IMG/VR virus record: IMGVR_UViG_3300036861_001106
Location: 1 to 64,000 of that record
Source: a virus
Strand: one strand, 5' to 3'
DNA: 64,000 bases
The translations under genes were made by a program, and so were the position numbers. The notes under the pieces were generated by a model that saw only the letters and a program-made list of their open reading frames with translations, was not told where the DNA came from and searched no databases. This document shows positions 33,152 through 41,388 of the stretch, one piece after another (the stretch's first letter is position 1; every line of letters begins with the position of its first letter).

Positions 33152-36100
33152 TTGCCCTACGCCAGGACCAGCGAGCTGCCAGAGGGTGTCAAGGGTGCCC
33201 TGCCGAAGCGGGGTCAACGCATCTTTCGCGCTGCGTTCAATGCCGCTCACCGCACCTACGGTGGCAATGAGGAGCGGGCCTTCAAAGTGGCCTGGGCGGC
33301 GGTGAAGCGCGTCTTCAAGAAGAAGGGTGGCAAGTGGGTCAAGGCCAGCCAGTCTGATCTGACCACCCAGCAGCTCCTCCTGGACACGCAGCGGCTCTAC
33401 CAGGAGCACTGGCGCCGCAACCCCGAGGCGCTGCCTGCCCAGCGCACGGTCAACGACCTGCTGGCGCAGGTGGCAGCCAACCCGACACAGGACTTGCGAC
33501 TCCTGCGGCAGCTTGAGGGGCTCGGTGTCCCGTACTTTGACTTCGAGGCGCTTGTGCAGTCATACGCGAATCCAATGCCGTGTGCGCCTCACACCGATGA
33601 CTTTCCCGGCTCCCTGGACCACCGCATCCGGCGGGTGTGCTGCGCCGTGCGGGATGAGGGCGACGAGTACCTGGGCGAGTACGGGTACGTGCTGGCAGTC
33701 TACCCCAACTTCGCCGTCTGCTGCTCCCTGGACGAGGGCGATGAGGACACTGACTACTGGAAGGTTGACTACACGTTCAACCCGACGACGTTTGAGGTGG
33801 CACTGGGCGACGCCCAGCCGGTCGAGGTCCTGACCGTCGTGGTGCCGCATGAGGGGGAGGCGATGGAGACACCAGAGCGCGAGGGCCTGAACATCGGCGG
33901 GACTCAGACCGTGGTCGACCAGGAGGCCAAGTTCAAGACCGACAACGGTCAGCAGTTCTCCCGAGGTGCCTACCTCATCATCGGCGACCCTGACCTCCCC
34001 TCGACCTGGAAGGTGCGCGTGGAGGAGACGCCGGGCAAGGTGACGGTGCCGCAGCTTGGGCGTGCCTACGCAGCCCTGACCAAGGGCTTTCGGGGCAACA
34101 AGGTTGCAGCCTCCGGCGGTGACAAGTCGGCGGCGCTGGGCAAGCTCAAGTCGCTCTACAAGTCGCACGACGCCGAGTGGCCCGGTGACAAGCAGAGCGT
34201 GGCGCCTGACCTCACGGGGGCCTTGAACCAGGACCCCCAGTGGACCACCACGCCCACCTGGCTGGCCCAGGGGCAGCCGCCGCCGGGCGGGGACGAGGAC
34301 CTCGTCCAGACCTGCGCGCTTGAGCTTGAGCAGGTGGAGGTGGACAAGCAGACGGGAGTCATGCACATTCGAGCCTGCCTCACCGTCGGGAACGTCCTGA
34401 ACGCCATGGGGGAGGTCTACCCGACGCAGGTGTGGGAGGACAACCTCCCCTTCTTGCAGACAGCCGCCGAGCAGGGGGCGCTCCTCGGCGAGTCCAACCA
34501 CCCACCGCCGGGTGAGTCATCCCTGGACCGCTCCTGCATCCTCTGGGATGAGGTGTGGCTTGAGGGTGACCGGCTGATGGGCGCTGGTCGCGTGCTGCCC
34601 ACGGTGCCCTCTGGGCAGAACCTGCAGATGCTCCTGCAGCACGATGCCAAGGTGGACGTCTCCTCCCGGGGCAAGGGCACGCGCAAGCAGGGCGACTGGG
34701 TCAACCCCACCACCGGCGAGCGGTACCAGGATGCGTTGGTGATCCAGCGTGGGTACCGCTGCCGCACATTCGACGCTGTCGGGTCCGGCGCCTCGCCGGG
34801 CGCGACCATCACCACGCACGAGATGGCGCAGCAGGCCGACCTTACTGCTGAGGAGCACGACATGAAAGAGATCGAAACCCTGTCGCAGCAGGTCCAGGCG
34901 CAGGCTGCGACCCTCGCGCAGATCACCGAGACGCTGGCGAAGCTTGCCGCACCCCCGCCCGCCCCGACACCCCCTGCGGCGGGCGCTGCCACCGCCGCGC
35001 TGGATGTCCCGGTTACCGCACCAGCCACAGCAGCACTGCAGCAGGCAGCCCCGGACTTCGTGGCTACCCTCACCGCGGTGGCTGCGCAGCAGGAGCGGAT
35101 GATGCCCCTCCTGCTGGAGGAGCGCAAGCGGCAGCTCCTGGAGCAGGCGCGCACGGAGCACAAGCTCCCGCAACAGTGGCTCAACTCCTACCGCAACATC
35201 CTCAACGAGGGGCAGTGCAAGTCCATCGCGGAGCTGGAGGCGCACTCCGAGCGCATGCTGCCGGCGGTGCTCTCGATGTACAAGGAGCGCCCGCAGTTGG
35301 CGCACGGCTTCCAGGTCCAGCAGGACCCTGGGGAGCGCCCTGGCCCGAAGACCCCCCGGCAGATGATTGACTTCCTGGTCAAGGACGTGGACGACACGGT
35401 CCTCTACGACCCACAGAGCTTCATCCGGCAGGATGATGAGACAGGTGCGCCGGTGCACGCACCCGACTCGGTGAAGACCCGGCGGCGCCAACTGCGGCAG
35501 ATCCTGCTGAACATCGCCCAGCACCAGGATGACAACTGGAATGGCCCTGCTGCGCTGACGGCGTTTGTGCGGCTCTACCAGGGCTACGACCCCATCCAGG
35601 TCAAGGATGCATGGATGGACCAGGCCTGCGCTGACTGCACCACCTCGGTGGCAGCCGGTGGCGCGCCCTCCAGCGCGCTGTTCATCTTCCCGCTGGTCCG
35701 GGCGGTCTACCCGCAGCTCATCGCGCCGGAGATCGCCTCTATCCAGCCGATGGACCGGCCTGACGGGCGCATCTTCTTCCTGAATGCGTTCCGGTGCCCA
35801 GTGCCGGGCATGGACGTGGTGGACCAGTCGGGGGCCACGATCTCCAACCGGATGTTCATGGACCGCAGCTCGTCCTTCAGCTCGTCCTTCGCGGATCGCG
35901 CGGCTGAGTGCGACGAGGCGGCGAAGATCCAGCTCCGGCTGGCCTCCGTGTCGGTGACGGCGACGACCAAGGCCCTCACCTCCATCAACACGATTGAGGA
36001 GCTGCAGGACCTGCGGGCCTACCATGGGCTGGACGTGAACACCGAGCTGATGTCAGCCCTCTCCCGGGAGATTGCCCTGGAGTGGAACCTCACCGTGCTC

Positions 36101-36646
36101 AACGAGATGGTCGCGGGCGCCACGGCCAGCGCACGCTTCTATGGCACCAACGCTCCCACTGGCTACACGCAGAAGGAGTGGGCGGAGTACCTGCCGCGCT
36201 ACATCGACGCGGTGAGCATGGACATCTTCTCCAAGCGCCACGGCAACGCGACGCACGTCATCGCCGGGCCGCAGGCCATCCTCCGGTTGGGCGCAGCCTA
36301 CCGGCAGCCGGTGCAGCCGACGGGGGTCAATCCGCAGGTCTACCCCGGCCTGGCCGTGACGCCCTGGCTGGCTGGCACCAGCGCTGACATCAAGGTCTAC
36401 CAGACGAGCTTCTGGACAGGGGTGAACCAGAACACCATCCTGGTCATCCGCCGGGGTGCCGACTGGTCGGACACGGGGTACGTGTTCGCCCCCTACATCG
36501 ACTACATCGCGCCCCTCCTGACGCTGCCGGACACCTTCACCCAGAAGCAGGGTGTGATGTCCCGTGCAGCGCACCGGGTGGTCGTGGGTGACACCATGGG
36601 CACCATCACCATCGTGCCGGGTGACACCGGCGTTGAGGTGCCGTAG
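33152..36646 (+). CDS. polyprotein: ChaB domain, T4 gp21-like prohead protease, scaffold and T4 gp23-like major capsid protein
   Basis: ChaB (PY...LP..VK..LP..GQRIF.AAFN...AWAAVK); protease LGESNHP, VSSRGKG, TFDAV; MCP PLVRAVYPQLIA..IASIQPM..PDGRIFFL, ELQDLRAYHGLD, LS.EIALE.N, FAPY. Confidence 0.88.
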   Translation: MPYARTSELPEGVKGALPKRGQRIFRAAFNAAHRTYGGNEERAFKVAWAAVKRVFKKKGGKWVKASQSDLTTQQLLLDTQRLYQEHWRRNPEALPAQRTVNDLLAQVAANPTQDLRLLRQLEGLGVPYFDFEALVQSYANPMPCAPHTDDFPGSLDHRIRRVCCAVRDEGDEYLGEYGYVLAVYPNFAVCCSLDEGDEDTDYWKVDYTFNPTTFEVALGDAQPVEVLTVVVPHEGEAMETPEREGLNIGGTQTVVDQEAKFKTDNGQQFSRGAYLIIGDPDLPSTWKVRVEETPGKVTVPQLGRAYAALTKGFRGNKVAASGGDKSAALGKLKSLYKSHDAEWPGDKQSVAPDLTGALNQDPQWTTTPTWLAQGQPPPGGDEDLVQTCALELEQVEVDKQTGVMHIRACLTVGNVLNAMGEVYPTQVWEDNLPFLQTAAEQGALLGESNHPPPGESSLDRSCILWDEVWLEGDRLMGAGRVLPTVPSGQNLQMLLQHDAKVDVSSRGKGTRKQGDWVNPTTGERYQDALVIQRGYRCRTFDAVGSGASPGATITTHEMAQQADLTAEEHDMKEIETLSQQVQAQAATLAQITETLAKLAAPPPAPTPPAAGAATAALDVPVTAPATAALQQAAPDFVATLTAVAAQQERMMPLLLEERKRQLLEQARTEHKLPQQWLNSYRNILNEGQCKSIAELEAHSERMLPAVLSMYKERPQLAHGFQVQQDPGERPGPKTPRQMIDFLVKDVDDTVLYDPQSFIRQDDETGAPVHAPDSVKTRRRQLRQILLNIAQHQDDNWNGPAALTAFVRLYQGYDPIQVKDAWMDQACADCTTSVAAGGAPSSALFIFPLVRAVYPQLIAPEIASIQPMDRPDGRIFFLNAFRCPVPGMDVVDQSGATISNRMFMDRSSSFSSSFADRAAECDEAAKIQLRLASVSVTATTKALTSINTIEELQDLRAYHGLDVNTELMSALSREIALEWNLTVLNEMVAGATASARFYGTNAPTGYTQKEWAEYLPRYIDAVSMDIFSKRHGNATHVIAGPQAILRLGAAYRQPVQPTGVNPQVYPGLAVTPWLAGTSADIKVYQTSFWTGVNQNTILVIRRGADWSDTGYVFAPYIDYIAPLLTLPDTFTQKQGVMSRAAHRVVVGDTMGTITIVPGDTGVEVP

Positions 36647-36690
36647 ACTGACCGAGTGCCAGGCTGCCCCCTGGCGCTCACCAACTCACC

Positions 36691-36918
36691 ATGAGTGAAC
36701 TCCGAGGGCTGGTCAAGAACATGGGTAACGCGCCGGTGAAGTGGGGGACCACTGTGATTCCACCCCACGCCATCGGCACGTTGCCCCTGGTGACGATTCA
36801 CGTGCTGCAGCGGCGACCCATCCCGCAACTCAAGGTGATGGAGGATGACCCGCTGCTGCAGCCCTTCGTGCGGACTCCGCATCAACCGTTCTCGGCAAGA
36901 TACTGCAGGGAGGAGTGA
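36691..36918 (+). CDS. small hypothetical protein
   Basis: follows the MCP; VKNMG N-terminal strand. Confidence 0.5.
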   Translation: MSELRGLVKNMGNAPVKWGTTVIPPHAIGTLPLVTIHVLQRRPIPQLKVMEDDPLLQPFVRTPHQPFSARYCREE

Positions 36919-36921
36919 CCA

Positions 36922-37101
36922 GTGCACAACGTTCAAATTCAACCGGGCAAGTGGTACTGCGTCGACAGTAACGCCCCGCACCACGTCAAGGCTGGGCCCT
37001 TCGACACGCAGGCTGAGGCTGCGAGTGCGTCCAGTGCAATGGATCAGGTGCTGGTGGGCACGAACTCGGTTCTCTGGGGTGATCCCATCGACGAGGACTA
37101 G
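36922..37101 (+). CDS. 59-aa protein (not in ORF track), related to the next gene
   Basis: GGAGGAG SD, GTG; KWYCVD...AGPFDTQAEA versus QWYVVD...SGPYTDKGAA. Confidence 0.6.
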   Translation: MHNVQIQPGKWYCVDSNAPHHVKAGPFDTQAEAASASSAMDQVLVGTNSVLWGDPIDED

Positions 37102-37128
37102 CAGGCGTCGACAACGGACGGGGAGGAG

Positions 37129-37395
37129 GTGAGTAGGATGCTGGTGAAGGACCAGTGGTACGTCGTGGATGGGCAGGACAACGTGCTCTCCGGGCCCTAC
37201 ACGGACAAGGGCGCCGCGGAGGGGCACGTGACGGGGAGTGGGCAGTTCGTGAAGCAGGCGCTGGACGGGACGACCTTCGTGGCGACTCCGACGCAGGACG
37301 TCGACCTGCTGCCCAAGGGCAAGCGGGTGTTGACGGGTGAGTCGGATGCCATCAAGGTTGACCGCACCGACGTGATGTCCAAGAAGAAGCCGTAA
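37129..37395 (+). CDS. small putative head-associated protein
   Basis: GGAGGAGG SD; GC3 bias. Confidence 0.65.
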   Translation: MSRMLVKDQWYVVDGQDNVLSGPYTDKGAAEGHVTGSGQFVKQALDGTTFVATPTQDVDLLPKGKRVLTGESDAIKVDRTDVMSKKKP

Positions 37396-37401
37396 GTCGG
37401 G

Positions 37402-38169
37402 ATGACCAACGAGCAAATCATTGAGGCAATCAGGGAGGGCGGCTACCCTGACAATCTCCTGGACAGCGAGATTGTCGGGGCAGTGAAGTACGTCCTGCGG
37501 GACCTCAAGTTCGAGTACCCGGTGATGCTCGGCGGCTTCTTCGACCTAGTGCCCTGCCAACAGGTGTACGACCTGTTCAACACGGTGCCGGACGCAGCGA
37601 CGAGCCAGGGGGTCTTTCCCGGCGGGCTGCGCGCCTACGAGCTGGTCTGGACCAACAACCTGTCGGGGGACAACCTCAGCGTCTTCGGGCTGGCCCCCAT
37701 CCTCCAGGGGGGGGCACCGATCCTGGGGTTGCCCTCCACCTGGTCCTTCTACACCCCTGGCGACTGGGTGCTGTGGGACCAGGACTGGGCTGCGCTGATT
37801 CACCGGTTCTCACCGGGGGAGTTCGAGCACCTGGACAACCGCCCTGGCTCGCCCATCCGGGTCTTCCCGGTGCCCCAGGGGGCCTGTCGCGCCTTCGTGC
37901 GGTTCACAAAGCCGCGCACCGAGGCTGAGCTGCGGGACGAGGACGAGTCCTGGTTCCTGAAGCTCGTCGAGGCGCGCTGCTGCCGCGTGCTGGCACGGAC
38001 GTTCAGCCTCTGCGCGGGCATCACCTTCGCCGAGGCGCTGCGGGACGACGGCAAGCTGCTCAGGCACTGGGAGCAGGAGGCCAAGGACCTGGAGGAGCAG
38101 GGGTGGGAACTCTTCAATGCGCGGCGTCATGAGGGCGTCTGGCCGGCACAGCGGAGTCACGGGCCATGA
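37402..38169 (+). CDS. putative head-tail adaptor
   Basis: position after the capsid genes; QQVYDL...IRVFPVP pattern. Confidence 0.55.
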   Translation: MTNEQIIEAIREGGYPDNLLDSEIVGAVKYVLRDLKFEYPVMLGGFFDLVPCQQVYDLFNTVPDAATSQGVFPGGLRAYELVWTNNLSGDNLSVFGLAPILQGGAPILGLPSTWSFYTPGDWVLWDQDWAALIHRFSPGEFEHLDNRPGSPIRVFPVPQGACRAFVRFTKPRTEAELRDEDESWFLKLVEARCCRVLARTFSLCAGITFAEALRDDGKLLRHWEQEAKDLEEQGWELFNARRHEGVWPAQRSHGP

Positions 38170-38591
38170 CGAACTGCTGCGCGGACCTGTGGCGCCAGCG
38201 CCTCCTTGCCCTGGCCACCACCTGTGGGTGCGGCGCTGAGTCCGTCACCACGACGTTCACGCTCTACCGGCGCACGCTGAACGACCCGCTGGCACCGCCG
38301 CGGGATGACATCGGGCTTGAGCGCCGCCCGATCCTGCAAGACTTTGCGCCGATTCTGGTTGACGAGCCCTGCGTCTTCGCCGGGGTCAACCCGAAGCAGG
38401 ACCGGTGGAACGTCGCCCCGGAGGGGCAGCAGCAGACCGAGCTGGTGACGCTGTACACGGGTTTTCAGGACATCCGTGAGGGTGACAACCTGGTGCTGGC
38501 GGCGGACGGGAAGAGCTACCTGGTGGAGGCGTCGACCTACGTGGGGCCGTTGCGACGGTGCTTCCTGAACAGCTCGAAGGCACAGCTCTGA
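38166..38591 (+). CDS. putative head closure (stopper) protein
   Basis: DIREGD.L...DGKSYLVE beta-barrel signature; synteny. Confidence 0.6.
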   Translation: MTNCCADLWRQRLLALATTCGCGAESVTTTFTLYRRTLNDPLAPPRDDIGLERRPILQDFAPILVDEPCVFAGVNPKQDRWNVAPEGQQQTELVTLYTGFQDIREGDNLVLAADGKSYLVEASTYVGPLRRCFLNSSKAQL

Positions 38592-38613
38592 GGGTAGACC
38601 CCTCAGAGCTGTG
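38581..38613. terminator. perfect 14-bp hairpin over the stop codon (no U tract)
   Basis: CACAGCTCTGAGGG-TAGAC-CCCTCAGAGCTGTG. Confidence 0.45.
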
Positions 38614-38750
38614 GTCGAAGCCCTTCAAGCTCCCATGGCAGTAACGTGGAGGTCCGGGTCTAGAGTATGCTTAGTGATACCGGGATGGCCACTGAGTGTC
38701 AAGAGATGATTTTCTAGCGTGTTGAAACGCCGCTGTTTGGAGCGACCCAA

Positions 38751-39299
38751 GTGCCGGACCCGTTGGCTGACGTCAAGCGTGAGTTTCGCCGCGTGGAGCG
38801 GGCGATGGTGCAGGCGCTGGCCGGTGCCGTCAAGGAGGCTGCCCAGGCGGTGTTGGCGGAGATGCAGCAGCTCACGGCGGCGATTGGGCACACCCCGGCA
38901 GACCTGGCGCGCCTGGGTCACCCGTACGCCAGGCGGCTCCCGGCGGGGAGTGGCCCGTTCGAGGACTGGATCACGCACCACCAGAGCGGCAGCCTGCACG
39001 GTGGGCTGCGGGCGCCAGGCGCGGTGCGCGCGAAGGAGTTTGTGGAGGCGCAGATTCACTCCACCTCCCCGCACACCTGGTACGTGGTGCAGGACGAGCG
39101 GGCCAGCGCGGCGGGGAAGATGCGGCCAAGGGACTTCGTGACGGCCGCGCTGATCTACCAGGAGGATGCGGTGGCAGCCATCATCGCAGCAGCGCACGCC
39201 AGCGTGCACGACGTGCTGGGCACGACGCCCGGGTACCGGCCGCAGTTGACGCCCATCAACCACGGCAGCGTCGCCGCTGATCTGCCGGAGCGTGATTGA
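38751..39299 (+). CDS. putative neck/tail-completion protein (HK97 gp10-like)
   Basis: QSGSL...KMRPRDFV..AL; synteny. Confidence 0.6.
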   Translation: MPDPLADVKREFRRVERAMVQALAGAVKEAAQAVLAEMQQLTAAIGHTPADLARLGHPYARRLPAGSGPFEDWITHHQSGSLHGGLRAPGAVRAKEFVEAQIHSTSPHTWYVVQDERASAAGKMRPRDFVTAALIYQEDAVAAIIAAAHASVHDVLGTTPGYRPQLTPINHGSVAADLPERD

Positions 39300-39751
39300 T
39301 GGCAGTCACCTCCAGACCCATCGCCGCCTTTCGGCAGCGGCTCCTGAGCAGCGCCGAGTTCGCCGCCTTCGTGAACTTCCTGCCGGATGGCAGCGTGGAC
39401 CCACAGGGGGGTCGCATCTACCCCCGGCATCTCATCGACGTGCGGCAGCCGGTCTATCCGTGCGTGACGCTCTACGTGGAACGTGGGCGGCAGGGGGTGT
39501 GGGCGCCACGGATCTACGACCCTGGCTTCATGCTGGTGCAGTTCTACTCGCAGGACGACCAGGGTGAGACGATGGAGATGTACGACGTGGCCAGTCAGCT
39601 CCTGCACAACCAGAAGACGCTCCTCTCGACGAGCGACTTCTGCTGCCACGAGGTGCGGGAGGTGATGGCTGACTCCGGCGTGTGGCTGGAGGCAAGTAGC
39701 GCGTGGCAGGTCAGTGCGCGTTACCTGTTCCGCGGAAGCGTGCTGACCTGA
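39299..39751 (+). CDS. putative tail terminator
   Basis: GRIYP...YPCVT...VQFYS...LLH pattern; synteny. Confidence 0.65.
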   Translation: MAVTSRPIAAFRQRLLSSAEFAAFVNFLPDGSVDPQGGRIYPRHLIDVRQPVYPCVTLYVERGRQGVWAPRIYDPGFMLVQFYSQDDQGETMEMYDVASQLLHNQKTLLSTSDFCCHEVREVMADSGVWLEASSAWQVSARYLFRGSVLT

Positions 39752-39789
39752 CAACCCCGGGCGCCGCCCGGCTGTGATCGGAGGACAAC

Positions 39790-40413
39790 ATGCCTGCTGG
39801 GACGCGAATCACCACCGCCGACATCAGCCTCGGGATCGGCGTGCTTGAGTTCGGCAACTACGACACCAACGACGTCTTTCAGGGCTTTCAGGACGTGGGG
39901 GCCATCAAGGGCGTCTTCTCCATGGAGATCACGCGTGAGACGCGGGACTTCGAGACGAGCCAGCCCCTCATCGTCGTGAAGCGCCAGGTCCTGCGGGAGC
40001 GCGTGCAGATCACCTTCACCATGGCGGAGTGGCGCGTGGCCAACTTGAAGCTTGCCTTCGGCGGCGGCGTCATCTCCAGCTCGCAGGCGGGCTTCACCTT
40101 CATCGACGGGACCACGGTGGCGCCCACTGGCGACCTCACCACCAGCGTCACTGTAGTGGGAACGAACGACCAGTTCAAGCTGGGTGGACAGTGCGCCCTC
40201 GACAAGGTTGGGCTGCGGTTCACCCACGTCAAGTCCTGCGTGACGGGGAAGCGACAGATCGCTGAGGTCTACTTCGCGCAGGCTGTGGGGACGGCGACGC
40301 TGCCCTGGAACGAGGAAGATTGGAACCAGTTCGAGGTGCAGTTCATCGCGCTGGCAGACACCACCCGGCCAGCCGGTGAGCAGTACTTCACGCTGATTGA
40401 CGAGCGGAACTAG
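39790..40413 (+). CDS. major tail tube protein
   Basis: ISLGIG, DVGAIKG, ITFTMAEW...NL, F.AL.D; precedes the chaperone and tape measure. Confidence 0.75.
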   Translation: MPAGTRITTADISLGIGVLEFGNYDTNDVFQGFQDVGAIKGVFSMEITRETRDFETSQPLIVVKRQVLRERVQITFTMAEWRVANLKLAFGGGVISSSQAGFTFIDGTTVAPTGDLTTSVTVVGTNDQFKLGGQCALDKVGLRFTHVKSCVTGKRQIAEVYFAQAVGTATLPWNEEDWNQFEVQFIALADTTRPAGEQYFTLIDERN

Positions 40414-40463
40414 GAGTGCGAGGTGGCTCCGCTTGGAGCCACCTACCCCTTTCCTGGAGGACC

Positions 40464-40940
40464 ATGAGCAATCGAATCCTTGACCTTGACGCTGACGCCA
40501 TGATTGAGGTGACCCTGGGTGGTCGCTCCTTCACCATCACGCAGCAGCGAGCTGCCGTCCTGGAGCAGGTGCTGCTGGCGGTCTACAACGACAGCCAGCA
40601 GGCGGACCTCAAGGACGACGCTACCATGCGGGAGCTGTCGCAGCTCAGCCTCGCCCGCTGGCAGGAATCCATCCCCACCTTCGCCCTCATCCTCGGGGTG
40701 GAGCCGGGTGACGCAAACCACCGGGACACGGTGGCGCACCTGGAGACGCACCTGACCTTCCCGAAGGCGCAGCAACTCTTTGAGGCGTGGTACGAGCTGA
40801 ACCAGGTGGAGAGTTTTTTCTACCAGGCCGGCAACCCGCTGATTCCGCTGGCCCGCCTGCGGGAGTTCAGGGCAACGGCCAACGGCGACGCGCTGACGCT
40901 GTCGTCCGCCGATTCGAATCTGACCCCGACTTCACCCTAG
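40464..40940 (+). CDS. tail assembly chaperone (G-like)
   Basis: lies between tail tube and tape measure; contains slippery T TTT TTC. Confidence 0.7.
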   Translation: MSNRILDLDADAMIEVTLGGRSFTITQQRAAVLEQVLLAVYNDSQQADLKDDATMRELSQLSLARWQESIPTFALILGVEPGDANHRDTVAHLETHLTFPKAQQLFEAWYELNQVESFFYQAGNPLIPLARLREFRATANGDALTLSSADSNLTPTSP

Positions 40941-41311
40941 ACTACGTGGACCGCTGCGAGGCCCTGGGGGCGGCCTACGGGTGCTCACCCCTCGTGGTCC
41001 TGCGGTGGCCTCGGGTGAAGGTCGAGGAGCTGTGGCGCTCCTACAGCAAGCGGGAGCGCCGGAGGTGGAAGATGGAGCTGTTGACGCGGGGGGTGGCGGC
41101 TGGCGCAGACCTGGAGGGTACCGATGCCGCCGAGGGGGCCACTGGGTCAGGCGGCCGCAACGGTGAGTTCGAGCGCCGCCCACGCCCCTACTACGCCCCG
41201 ACTGACGTGGGCATGCGGCCGGCGCAGGACGGTGATGACTGGGACGTGCCGGAGTCCGAGGTCAACCGCCTTGCCATGCTCTTCCCGGAGGCCATCAAGA
41301 TCCGGCACTGA
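40814..41311 (+). CDS. tail assembly chaperone -1 frameshift extension (GT-like)
   Basis: heptamer T TTT TTC at 40814-40820 is in X XXY YYZ phase; the -1 frame is open to 41311. Confidence 0.7.
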   Translation, partial: FFLPGRQPADSAGPPAGVQGNGQRRRADAVVRRFESDPDFTLDYVDRCEALGAAYGCSPLVVLRWPRVKVEELWRSYSKRERRRWKMELLTRGVAAGADLEGTDAAEGATGSGGRNGEFERRPRPYYAPTDVGMRPAQDGDDWDVPESEVNRLAMLFPEAIKIRH

Positions 41312-41388
41312 GCCCGCACCGCAAGTGCTGCCCCTGACGGCAGGGCCTACAATGGGGTAGGTTCTGCCGTTTTCGTTGGGACACCGTG

